NCBI GenBank assembly: GCA_041576015.1
Contig: JBFGLT010000002.1
Location: 1 to 59,455, forward strand
DNA: 59,455 bases
Direction: 5' to 3'
Origin: Acidimicrobiales bacterium
Lineage (GTDB): Bacteria; Actinomycetota; Acidimicrobiia; Acidimicrobiales; SZUA-35
In this document: positions 48,695 through 57,283 of the stretch, in pieces
Numbering within the stretch: position 1 is the stretch's first letter
Layout of the letters: each line of letters starts with the position of its first letter
The notes under the pieces: generated by a model
Databases searched by the model: none
What the model saw: the letters and a program-made list of their open reading frames with translations, nothing else
What the model was told of the DNA's origin: nothing
Program-made: the position numbers and the translations under genes

Positions 48695-49414
48695 ATGCCG
48701 AAGCTGGTTGGGTACCACCGCCCGAGCTCGGCTGCGGAGGCGATCTCCCTCCTCGGCAGCTCGCGGCGGATCGCGCTCGCCGGTGGCACCACAGTCCGCC
48801 ACGACGTCGGAGGTGAGCCCGTCGAACTGGTCGACCTCCAGACACTCGGTCTGAGCGCCGTCGCCGCCGAGAGGGGTCGCTGGACCCTCGGAGCGATGCT
48901 CCGGCTCGACCAGATCGTCGACGATTCCGCGCTCCCCGATCTGATCCGCTGGGCGGCCCGCCGCGAGCTGCCGAGCACACTGCGGACGTTGGCCACCGTC
49001 GGCGGAACGGTCGGCGCCGCCGATCCCGAGAGTGTGCTGCTCGCCGCCCTGCTGGTCCATGACGCAGTGGTGCGGTTCGCCGACGACACGTCCCGTCCGC
49101 TCGCCGACGTGCTCGATTCCGGTGTCGGCGACGCAGAGCTGATCGTGGCGGTCGAGATCGACGGCTCCGGGCGAAGCGCGCACGCTGTGACGGGGCGAAC
49201 CCCGGCCGACACGCCCATCGTGGCCGCCCTCGGGAGGACGGGGGCCGACGGTGCACTCACGCTTGCGCTCACCGGCGTCTCCACGAAGCCGGTACTGGTT
49301 GATCCCGACGCGATGCACAACCTGAGCCCGCCGAGCGACTATCGGGGATCGTCCGCCTACCGACGCCATCTGGCGGTGGTGCTGTCCACCAGGGTTCGTG
49401 AGGAGTTGGCGTGA
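48695..49414 (+). CDS. FAD-binding subunit of a xanthine dehydrogenase-family molybdenum hydroxylase (YgfM/CoxM-like)
   Basis: Residue 51 onward of track ORF 48545..49414 (MPKLVGYHRPSSAAEAISLL...ALAGGTTV...) behind AGGAGAG. C-terminal YRGSSAYRRHLAVVL is typical of the flavoprotein C-domain. Confidence 0.8.
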   Translation: MPKLVGYHRPSSAAEAISLLGSSRRIALAGGTTVRHDVGGEPVELVDLQTLGLSAVAAERGRWTLGAMLRLDQIVDDSALPDLIRWAARRELPSTLRTLATVGGTVGAADPESVLLAALLVHDAVVRFADDTSRPLADVLDSGVGDAELIVAVEIDGSGRSAHAVTGRTPADTPIVAALGRTGADGALTLALTGVSTKPVLVDPDAMHNLSPPSDYRGSSAYRRHLAVVLSTRVREELA

Positions 49415-52359
49415 TCACCATCGCCATCGAGCTGAACGGCGATGCCGTCGACGTCGAGGTCGCGCCTCACGAGTCACTCGCGGTCGTCCTCCGGCGGCTG
49501 GGCATGTTCAGCGTGAAGTACGGGTCGGACACCGGAGAGACCGGGGCGGCGGCGGTCCTGCTCGACGGCCGGCTGGTGTCATCGGACGTCATGCGGGCTG
49601 CGCAGGCCGACGGGCATGTGATCACCACCGTCGAGGCGCTCGACACCGAACGCGGCCTTCACGACCCGATCCAGGTCGCATTCGCCGCGACAGGAGCGCT
49701 GCAGTCGGGCTACTCGGCCGGGGCGATGGTGCTCGGCGCGCATGCGCTCTTGGCAAGGGATCCCGATCCGTCCGAGGAAGCGATTCGCGACATGCTGTCG
49801 GGCATTCTCGACCGAGAGACCGGCTACGTGAAGCCGGTCGAGGCCATCAAGCGGGCGGCCGCTGCCCTCCGCCGCCAGGCCGTTCCACCCTTCGAGCCGA
49901 TCGCCGTCACCTCGCTCACCGATGGTAGGCACCCCGCCGAGGTGGATCCCGCCGACCGGCCCCCGGACGGCTCCCCTGCAATCCCTCGTGTGGTGCCATC
50001 GCGGGACGTACCGGCGACTGCTGTCGTCGGCAAGCCCGAGGTCAAGGTCGACGCGCTCAAGCTGGCCAAGGGCAACCCGGCGTTCACCGACGACATCGAG
50101 TTGCGCGGAATGCTCTTCGCCAAGGTGCTGCACAGCCCGCACGCCCACGCCCGGATCGTCGCCATCGACGACGCACGGGCTCGGGCGCTGCCGGGGGTCC
50201 ACGCCGTGCTCCACCACGGCAACACCCCGCGGGTCAAGTACGCCTCGGGCGGGCAGTCGTGGCCGAATCCACATCCCTACGATCAGGTGAGCTTCGATGA
50301 CAAGGTGCGACATGTCGGTGACCGTGTCGCCGCCGTCGCCGCCGAAACCGTCGAGATCGCCGAGGAGGCCATCGGGCTGATCGATGTCACCTACGAGGTG
50401 TTGCCGGCGGTGTTCGACGAACTGGAGGCAATCTCTCCCGGCGCCCCGGTGATCCACGACGAAGACGACACCACCGAGATCTACGATCGCGATCGCAACA
50501 TCGTTCACCGATTCCACGCCGAGCGCGGCGACGTCGAGGCGGCGCTGGCCGGGGCCGCTCACGTTCACCAGAGCACCCACCGGGTGCACCAGGTGCAGCA
50601 GGTGCCGATCGAGCCACACGTGTCGATCGCCTGGCTGGATTCCGACGAACGGATGGTCGTTCGCACGGCCACCCAAGTCCCGTTCCACACCCGCCGGATG
50701 CTGGCGCCACTGATCGGGATGGACGTGAAGGACATTCGGGTTATCAAGCCACGGATCGGCGGCGGCTTCGGGGCGAAGCAGGAGATGTTGATCGAAGACA
50801 TCGTCGCCCATCTGGCACTGGCCACCCGCCGCCCCGTCCGGCTGGAGCTCACTCGCGAGGAGGAGTTCTGGGCGAGCCGCACACGACACCCGCAGACGAT
50901 CACGTTTCGCACCGGCGTCGACGAGGATGGCAACCTCGTGGCCCAGCACATGCATGTGGTCGGGAACACCGGCGCCTACGGCACACACGGTTACACCGTC
51001 CAGGCGGTCAGCGGCCTGCGGGGTCTGACCTCGTACAACTGCCCGAACAAGCGCTTCGACTGCGACGTCGCGTATAGCAACATCCCCGTCCCCGGCGCCT
51101 ACCGCGGCTACGGCGCCCCGCAGGGGCTCTTCGCCCTCGAGGTCCACCTCGAGGATCTCGCCCACCGGCTGGGGCGCGACCCGCTCGAGTTCAAGCGTCA
51201 GAACTGGGTGACGCTCGGCGACGAGCTGAACATCGCCCCCCACATCGGCGAACGGGCGACCGATGAGGATCTCGTGCTCGACGAGTACCCCAAGGTCACC
51301 TCCACCGGCATCGAGGAATGCGTCGCCCAAGGGCAGCGCGCCATCGGCTGGCATCGCCGTCTCGACCCCGCCTGGCGAGAGCCGGTCGACCGGCCGAACA
51401 TCCGGCGCGGACTCGGATTCGCCTTCTGCATGCACGGTTCGGGCATCCCGTTTCTCGACATGGGTGGATGCAGCATCAAACTCAACGACGACGGATCGTT
51501 CAACCTCCTGATCGGGGCGACCGACCTCGGGACCGGTGCCGACACGGTGCTCGGTCAGATCGCCGCCGAGGTGCTCGGAGTACGTCTCGAGGATGTCATC
51601 GTGTACTCCTCAGACACCGACATCACGCCGTTCGACACCGGCGCCTATGCCTCGTCGACGACATACATCTCGGGTACGGCGGTGTTGCGGGCCGCCGAGG
51701 CGGTCCGCTCCCGCATCAAGGAGCGGGCCGCCGAGATGCTCGGAGTCAGCGAGCCGTGCACGATCGAGTTGCGGGGCCGCCGGGCGTGGGCGCCTGACGG
51801 CCGGTCGGTGACGTTGGAGGAGCTTGCTCATCACACCCTGCACTGGGAGGACCAGGAGCAAATCATGGCGAGCGCGTCCTACATGTCCCCTGAGTGCCCA
51901 CCGCCGTTCGCCGCCCAGTTCGTCGAGGCCGAAGTCGACATCGACACCGGCCAGGTGGAGGTGACAAAGCTGGTCATGGCGGTCGACTGCGGTGTTGCGA
52001 TCAATCCCGTCACCGCCTCGGGCCAGGTCGAGGGCGGCATGACCCAGGCGCTCGGGTACGCCCACTGCGAGGAGATGGTCTACGACGCTGCGGGGCGGAT
52101 GCTGAACGACCGGCTCGGCCCGTACAAGATCTACCGCGCCGACGAGATGCCGGCCACCGCCGTGTTTCTCGTACAGACGATGGAGGATTCCGGGCCCTTC
52201 GGCGCCAAAGCGGTCGCCGAGATCCCCAAGGATGGCGTTGCTCCGGCGATGCGCAACGCCATCCTCAACGCCACCGGCGTGCCGATCGACGATCTGCCCT
52301 TCACCCCCGAGCGGGTGTGGACTGCACTGCAGGCGGCACAACGCTCGGTGACGACCTGA
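49411..52359 (+). CDS. XdhD-like fused subunit: cysteine-less 2Fe-2S-like module plus molybdopterin-binding catalytic domain
   Basis: 982 aa. The GTG overlaps the upstream stop (GTGA). Aldehyde oxidase/xanthine dehydrogenase a/b-hammerhead and MoCo-binding motifs (IGGGFGAKQE, GAYRGYGAPQG, TGADTVL, GPFGAKAVAE). The N-terminal ~160 aa align to the 2Fe-2S subunit but contain no Cys. Confidence 0.85.
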   Translation: MITIAIELNGDAVDVEVAPHESLAVVLRRLGMFSVKYGSDTGETGAAAVLLDGRLVSSDVMRAAQADGHVITTVEALDTERGLHDPIQVAFAATGALQSGYSAGAMVLGAHALLARDPDPSEEAIRDMLSGILDRETGYVKPVEAIKRAAAALRRQAVPPFEPIAVTSLTDGRHPAEVDPADRPPDGSPAIPRVVPSRDVPATAVVGKPEVKVDALKLAKGNPAFTDDIELRGMLFAKVLHSPHAHARIVAIDDARARALPGVHAVLHHGNTPRVKYASGGQSWPNPHPYDQVSFDDKVRHVGDRVAAVAAETVEIAEEAIGLIDVTYEVLPAVFDELEAISPGAPVIHDEDDTTEIYDRDRNIVHRFHAERGDVEAALAGAAHVHQSTHRVHQVQQVPIEPHVSIAWLDSDERMVVRTATQVPFHTRRMLAPLIGMDVKDIRVIKPRIGGGFGAKQEMLIEDIVAHLALATRRPVRLELTREEEFWASRTRHPQTITFRTGVDEDGNLVAQHMHVVGNTGAYGTHGYTVQAVSGLRGLTSYNCPNKRFDCDVAYSNIPVPGAYRGYGAPQGLFALEVHLEDLAHRLGRDPLEFKRQNWVTLGDELNIAPHIGERATDEDLVLDEYPKVTSTGIEECVAQGQRAIGWHRRLDPAWREPVDRPNIRRGLGFAFCMHGSGIPFLDMGGCSIKLNDDGSFNLLIGATDLGTGADTVLGQIAAEVLGVRLEDVIVYSSDTDITPFDTGAYASSTTYISGTAVLRAAEAVRSRIKERAAEMLGVSEPCTIELRGRRAWAPDGRSVTLEELAHHTLHWEDQEQIMASASYMSPECPPPFAAQFVEAEVDIDTGQVEVTKLVMAVDCGVAINPVTASGQVEGGMTQALGYAHCEEMVYDAAGRMLNDRLGPYKIYRADEMPATAVFLVQTMEDSGPFGAKAVAEIPKDGVAPAMRNAILNATGVPIDDLPFTPERVWTALQAAQRSVTT

Positions 52360-52369
52360 GCAGGCCGGC

Positions 52370-53152
52370 GTGGTGACCGACGGCGACCTTCTCCACGCCG
52401 TCGTCGATGCGATCGACGACGGCGTTCCGGTGGCGGTGGCGACGGTCGTGCGCACTCGCCGGTCCGTCCCCCGTCGCGCCGGCGCAAAGATGCTCGTGTT
52501 CGACGACGGGCGACAGCTCGGCACCGTCGGCGGTGGTGAGCTCGAACAGCGAGTCGCCGGCGCAGCGCGCCACGCGTTGATGACCGGCCGCCCTGTCATG
52601 CTCGACATCGATCTCGTCGATCCGGCTCGCGGCGATGCGGGTGTCTGCGGCGGGTCGGTTTCTGTTTATGTGGAGCCCATCATGCCCCGTCCCCATGTCG
52701 TCGTCATCGGCTGCGGCCACGTCGGAGTCGCGGTCGTGCAGCTCGCTCACTGGCTTGGCTGTCGAGTCACGGCGATCGACGACCGCGAGGACGTCGCGGA
52801 CCCCGCCCGTCTGGGCGATGCCGACGTCGTTCTCGCCGGCCCACTCGTCGAGTCAGTGGCGAAAGCCGGGATCGACAGGCGGAGCCACGTCGTGCTCGTG
52901 ACACGTAACGTCAGCCTCGACGTCGAGGTTCTCGCCGACGTCCTCCAGACCCCGGCGCGTACGATCGGGGTGATGGGCAGCGCCCGCCGCTGGGCCACGG
53001 CTCGTGCCCAGCTCGCCGAGCTCGGGGTGAGCGAGGAGCACCTGGCGCGAGTCGCCTCGCCCATCGGTCTCGAGATCGACGCCGAAACCCCCGAGGAGAT
53101 CGCGCTGTCGATCTTGGCTGAGATCGTCGAGGGGTGGCGAGAACAGAGATGA
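52370..53152 (+). CDS. XdhC/CoxI-family molybdenum hydroxylase accessory protein
   Basis: 260 aa. VATVVRTRRSVPRRAGAKMLV...GTVGGGELE and the Rossmann-like VVVIGCGHVGVAV are typical of XdhC. Confidence 0.8.
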   Translation: MVTDGDLLHAVVDAIDDGVPVAVATVVRTRRSVPRRAGAKMLVFDDGRQLGTVGGGELEQRVAGAARHALMTGRPVMLDIDLVDPARGDAGVCGGSVSVYVEPIMPRPHVVVIGCGHVGVAVVQLAHWLGCRVTAIDDREDVADPARLGDADVVLAGPLVESVAKAGIDRRSHVVLVTRNVSLDVEVLADVLQTPARTIGVMGSARRWATARAQLAELGVSEEHLARVASPIGLEIDAETPEEIALSILAEIVEGWREQR

Positions 53153-53967
53153 CGGCGCCCTGGGTGCGACCCGAGCTGTGCGTCCTGCGCGGCGGCGGAG
53201 ACCTGGCAACCGGGGTGGCGTGGCGACTCACCCGGGCCGGCTGGCCGGTCGTCGTGTGCGAGCTGCCGGCACCGCTCACCGTTCGCCGAACGGTCGCAGT
53301 GTCGACCGCAGTGCTCGACGGCGAGGTGGACGTCGAGGGAATGCGAGCGGTACGCGTCGAGCAGGTCGACGACGCACCGGCGGTCGCCCGAAGCGGCCTG
53401 GTGGCCGTGGTGGTGGCGACGGCGCTGCCGCCATTCGAGGCCGATGTCGTCGTCGACGCCCGGGTCGCCAAGCGGAACCTCGACACGCGGATCGACGATG
53501 CGCCGATGGTCGTGGCCCTCGGACCCGGATTCGTAGCCGGGGTCGACTGTCACGCGGTGGTCGAAACGAAGCGGGGGCCACACCTCGGCCGAGTGTTCTG
53601 GACCGGTGCCGCGGCGCCCGACACGGGCACACCAGGCGTTGTCGAGGGCAGAGGTGCCGTGCGGGTTCTGCGTGCCCCGGTCGCCGGCCGGGCGCGGTGG
53701 CACGCTGCGATCGGCGATCTCGTAGCTGCCGGAGTTGCGCTCGGGGAGGTCGATGGCGTCCCAGTTCGAGCCCCTTTCGATGGGACCGTTCGCGGGCTGA
53801 TCAGCGAGGCGGTCCAGTTGACGCCCGGGCTCAAGATCGGCGACATCGATCCACGGCGCGCCGGCGTCGCGTCCGACGAGATCTCCGACAAAGCCTTGGC
53901 GGTCGGCGGAGGCGTGGTGGAGGCGGTTCACGCATGGCTCCGCCAAACGGTGGAGGAGCATGCTTGA
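53149..53967 (+). CDS. yqeB: YqeB-family (EF2563-type) selenium-dependent molybdenum hydroxylase system protein
   Basis: ATG 53149 overlaps the xdhC stop (ATGA). LCVLRGGGDLATGVAWRLTRAGWPVVVCELPAPLTVRRTVAVSTAV...DKALAVGGGVVEAV matches my recollection of the TIGR03309 family pattern. XdhC plus this ORF together correspond in size to E. coli YqeB. Confidence 0.7.
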   Translation: MTAPWVRPELCVLRGGGDLATGVAWRLTRAGWPVVVCELPAPLTVRRTVAVSTAVLDGEVDVEGMRAVRVEQVDDAPAVARSGLVAVVVATALPPFEADVVVDARVAKRNLDTRIDDAPMVVALGPGFVAGVDCHAVVETKRGPHLGRVFWTGAAAPDTGTPGVVEGRGAVRVLRAPVAGRARWHAAIGDLVAAGVALGEVDGVPVRAPFDGTVRGLISEAVQLTPGLKIGDIDPRRAGVASDEISDKALAVGGGVVEAVHAWLRQTVEEHA

Positions 53968-54670
53968 CCCGTCCCCGATCACAGAGGTGGCGAACCGCCT
54001 CGGGCTCGGCTCCCACGAGCTGATCGCACTGGTCGGGGGCGGCGGCAAGACGACGATGCTGTTCGCCCTCGGGCACCAGCTGGCGGGCAAGGTCGTAATG
54101 ACGACGACGACCAAGATGGGTCGCGACCGAACCGGTGGCTACCCAGTTCTGGTACAACCAACCGACGATGAGCTGGCAGAGGCGCTCGCTGAGCATCGCC
54201 GGATGCTGGTGTGGGGTGCCGTCGCAGTACACAAGGTCGCAGGCGTAACCCCCGACCGTTGCGACCGCTGGTTCGATGTCGTCGATCATGTCGTCGTCGA
54301 AGCAGACGGATCCCGCCAGCTACCGTGCAAGGCACCCGGACCCTTCGAGCCGGTGATGCCGAGTCGCACGACAACAGCGATCGTCTGCGTCGGCGCAGGT
54401 GCTTTCGGACGGGTGATCGCCGACTGCTGCCACCGCCCGCTGCGGGTTGCAGCGCTGGCCGGTTGCTCGCCCTACGAGCGGCTCACACCAATCCGCCTGG
54501 CTCGGGTACTGCTCAGTCGGCGAGGGGGCCGCAAGGGTGTACCGCCGGGCGCGCGATTCACCATCGTGCTCACCCAAGTGGCGGCCGCCGAGCGTCCGTT
54601 TGTCGAAGAGTTCGTCCAGACGGTCGACGGAGCCGCGACCGTGGTCGCCGTCGAACCCTCGTTCGTGTAG
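53960..54670 (+). CDS. yqeC: YqeC-family selenium cofactor/hydroxylase accessory protein
   Basis: 236 aa behind GGAGGAG. LIALVGGGGKTTMLFALGHQLAGKVVMTTTTKM and VVEADGSRQLPCKAPGPFEPVMP match my recollection of the TIGR03172 pattern. 8-nt overlap with yqeB. Confidence 0.7.
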   Translation: MLDPSPITEVANRLGLGSHELIALVGGGGKTTMLFALGHQLAGKVVMTTTTKMGRDRTGGYPVLVQPTDDELAEALAEHRRMLVWGAVAVHKVAGVTPDRCDRWFDVVDHVVVEADGSRQLPCKAPGPFEPVMPSRTTTAIVCVGAGAFGRVIADCCHRPLRVAALAGCSPYERLTPIRLARVLLSRRGGRKGVPPGARFTIVLTQVAAAERPFVEEFVQTVDGAATVVAVEPSFV

Positions 54671-54813
54671 GAGCGGACTTCCTCAGCCACCACGGTGCGA
54701 ACGCCTCGAGTACCTCGGCCCACCGAGCATGGCGATGGGTTACCAGAAGATGAACTGTGGCGTGTACCCATTCGAGCGGCTGCGTTCTACCATCGACTTC
54801 GACCACGAAGGGG

Positions 54814-55317
54814 GTGTTCTTGGATTCGGACTCGCTGCGCGCGACCCAGGCTCCACTGAAGCAGAGGTATCGCGACGATCCGGACGCAGCGGTCATCACG
54901 CTGTCGGCTTCAGGGTCGGTCGATGACGGCGCGATCTCCTGCAACGTCGACACTGGACGGGCGCTCGTCACCGCTGGGCTGCATCCGGCGACCGGGGGTT
55001 CTGGACTCGAGGCGTGTTCGGGAGACATGTTGCTCGAGGCGCTCGTCGCGTGCGCCGGCGTCACACTCAAGGCGGTGGCGACTTCGATCGGCGTCCAGCT
55101 CAAAGCAGCGGAAGTACGGGCCGAGGGAGACCTCGATGTTCGGGGCACGCTGGCTGTCGATCGCGACGCACCCGTCGGGTTTCGAGAGATACGGCTTTCG
55201 TTCGACATCAACAGTGACGCCGACCAGGAGCAGCTCGATCGACTGCTGACCCTGACCGAACGCTACTGCGTGGTCTTGCAGACGTTGCGTCGAGCCCCGG
55301 ACGTCGCTCTGTCGTAG
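54814..55317 (+). CDS. OsmC-family peroxiredoxin-like protein
   Basis: Track ORF 54757..55317. Start likely GTG 54814 or TTG 54820 (…DSDSLRATQAPLKQRYRDDP). Both conserved Cys are present (LEACSGDML, TERYCVVLQTL). Confidence 0.7.
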   Translation: MFLDSDSLRATQAPLKQRYRDDPDAAVITLSASGSVDDGAISCNVDTGRALVTAGLHPATGGSGLEACSGDMLLEALVACAGVTLKAVATSIGVQLKAAEVRAEGDLDVRGTLAVDRDAPVGFREIRLSFDINSDADQEQLDRLLTLTERYCVVLQTLRRAPDVALS

Positions 55318-55327
55318 GACGCGGTGG

Positions 55328-55693
55328 GTGTCACCTCTCCCCCATATCGGACGCACCGTCGTCGCCGACACCGAACTAGCCGGACACCGCTTTCGAGCCG
55401 GTGAGCTGGTCTCGCTCGGCTTCGCCGCCGCAAACCGCGATCCCCGGGTCTTCGAAACGCCCGAGCATGTGTCCTCGAGCGGACCCCCAACCGGCATGTC
55501 GCCTTCGGCCACGGGCCCCACACCTGCATCGGTGCGCCCCTGGCTCGCATGGAGCTCGCCGTCGTGCTCGAGCGTTTCGCCGACCAAGGTCACCGATTGC
55601 GACCTCATCGATCGAGACGCCCGGGTAGATGAGCCACCCGTCGCGATTGCCACTGCAGTACTCGCCGAACCGGTGACCCTCCGGATCTCCTGA
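55328..55693 (+). pseudogene. Cytochrome P450 3' remnant (C-terminal ~120 codons only) with two frameshifts
   Basis: Frame A: [40 protein letters not shown]. The +2 frame from about 55470: [38 protein letters not shown], the heme-thiolate FGxGxHxCxG motif. Back to frame A from about 55588: [34 protein letters not shown]. No N-terminal ~280 codons exist upstream, because the OsmC gene ends at 55317. Confidence 0.65.
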
Positions 55694-55720
55694 GGGTTAT
55701 CGCCGACCGCTGCCGTCGGG

Positions 55721-57046
55721 TCAGAAAGGCTCGGCGAGTTCTCGTGCCCGCCGATACTCGGCGAGATCGTGTTGTCGTCGTCGTTCGCGCTCTCGGGCTT
55801 CGGTCTTGGCTCGGTGGTGCAAGGGGCACAAGGGCTCTCCGTTGTCGGAGTCGGTGTGGCCACCGTCCTGCCATTCGGTTCGGTGGTCGATGGCACACCA
55901 CCGGGCCGGTCTTCGACACCCTGGTGCCTGGCAGTGCCTGTCCCGCCAGATGACCGCGTCGCGGGCAGCGCCGCCGAACAACCGCTGAGTTCGACCCAGA
56001 TCGACCCGTCTCGACGGGCTGTGGATCACGCACCGTGCGATCCTGTGATCCAGTGCGATCCGGAACGCCTGCTCGCGGCCGACCGGGTCACCGTCGAGGG
56101 TCTCGCAGGTGTGCCCGGGCCGGAACACCGGATCGGGCCCACCCGACAACTCGCCATGAGCCCAACGGTCCTTCTCGGCAGTGAAGGTCACCGAATCCAT
56201 CAACACGACCAGCAGGGGTTCGGGGGTCTTGCCGGCCTCGGGAACGACCAGGGCCCGTTCGGCCAGATGGGAGATCGCTCGGGCCATGAAGTAGCGGTGC
56301 CCCCGTCGCAGGACCGGACGCAACGTGTACTCGCTGATCGTGTAGTCGAAGCGATCCCCGTCGGCATCGACACCCGGATCGACCACGCCATCTTCACCTG
56401 AGCCGCCGCCAGCCTCCCGGCGTTCTTGCTCCCTGAGTTGATCCGCTATTCGATGCAAGGCCTCTTTGAACACGAGCGCATCGGTTGTCGGGACCAACCC
56501 GGTGAGCGACGTGGTCCCATCGAGATGCTCGGTGAAGTCGATCCCCAGATCTTTGTCCTCGGGGGCTTTCGCATGCGGGTCTGCGTCGTCGCAGAGCAGC
56601 ACCCAGGCCCGGCACAACTTGATCCAGTCGTCATAATCATGTTCTCGAGCCAGCTGAACCAACCCATGGTGATGAGCGTCGAACATCTCTGCCCTGTGGA
56701 CCGTCCGCCGGGCTGGGACCATCCTGGCCAGCATGTCGAGATGATCGGTGGTCAAGGTGTGGTCTTCCACGCCCTCTGCGATCCCGGCAAATCGGTCGAT
56801 CAGCCGGGCGCGTCGCACCGTCCGCGTGACAGAGCCCTTCGCTCGATTCGACTCGGCCGCCAGCCATGACGCCGGATTATGGAATCGGGTGTCGCCCAAT
56901 CCCCCGCTGTCGGCCAGTTCCATGGTCAGGGTGCCGATCAAGCAATCGAGCTGATCGCGAATCGAGCACAACTCGACGATCTGTTTCGGCACGTCGAGAT
57001 GGGCCGACCGCTCGAGTCGATCTCGGATCTTTTCGATGACCGCCAT
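55721..57046 (-). CDS. DUF222 / HNH endonuclease-signature protein (REP13E12-like family)
   Basis: 441 aa. N-terminal DUF222-like region. C-terminal RDRHCQAPGCRRPARWCAIDHRTEWQDGGHTDSDNGEPLCPLHHRAK is the HNH motif typical of the actinobacterial 13E12 repeat family. Confidence 0.8.
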   Translation of the reverse strand: MAVIEKIRDRLERSAHLDVPKQIVELCSIRDQLDCLIGTLTMELADSGGLGDTRFHNPASWLAAESNRAKGSVTRTVRRARLIDRFAGIAEGVEDHTLTTDHLDMLARMVPARRTVHRAEMFDAHHHGLVQLAREHDYDDWIKLCRAWVLLCDDADPHAKAPEDKDLGIDFTEHLDGTTSLTGLVPTTDALVFKEALHRIADQLREQERREAGGGSGEDGVVDPGVDADGDRFDYTISEYTLRPVLRRGHRYFMARAISHLAERALVVPEAGKTPEPLLVVLMDSVTFTAEKDRWAHGELSGGPDPVFRPGHTCETLDGDPVGREQAFRIALDHRIARCVIHSPSRRVDLGRTQRLFGGAARDAVIWRDRHCQAPGCRRPARWCAIDHRTEWQDGGHTDSDNGEPLCPLHHRAKTEARERERRRQHDLAEYRRARELAEPF

Positions 57047-57059
57047 GTATCCATTGTAG

Positions 57060-57073
57060 CGAACATATGTTCG
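57060..57073. promoter_or_regulatory. LexA SOS (Cheo) box CGAAC-ATAT-GTTCG
   Basis: Perfect match to the Gram-positive/mycobacterial core GAAC-N4-GTTC, extended to CGAAC-N4-GTTCG. It lies 14 nt upstream of the HNH gene ATG (57046) in a locally AT-rich stretch. Confidence 0.55.
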
Positions 57074-57283
57074 TCATGCAATAGATTGTTGTGGATTTTG
57101 TATCGATATGTCACGGTTCGAGCGGCGTATATTCCGTCGTCGATCAGCGAGTCCCGCAGGTGACAGCTCGGACGCAACGACCGCAGTCGCCACCATGTGG
57201 CGAGGCCGGCCGGACTTCGTCCATACTGTCGACATGCGTCGGCATCCCGCCGAGCAACGTCTCATCGCTCCGTGTCAACGCGC

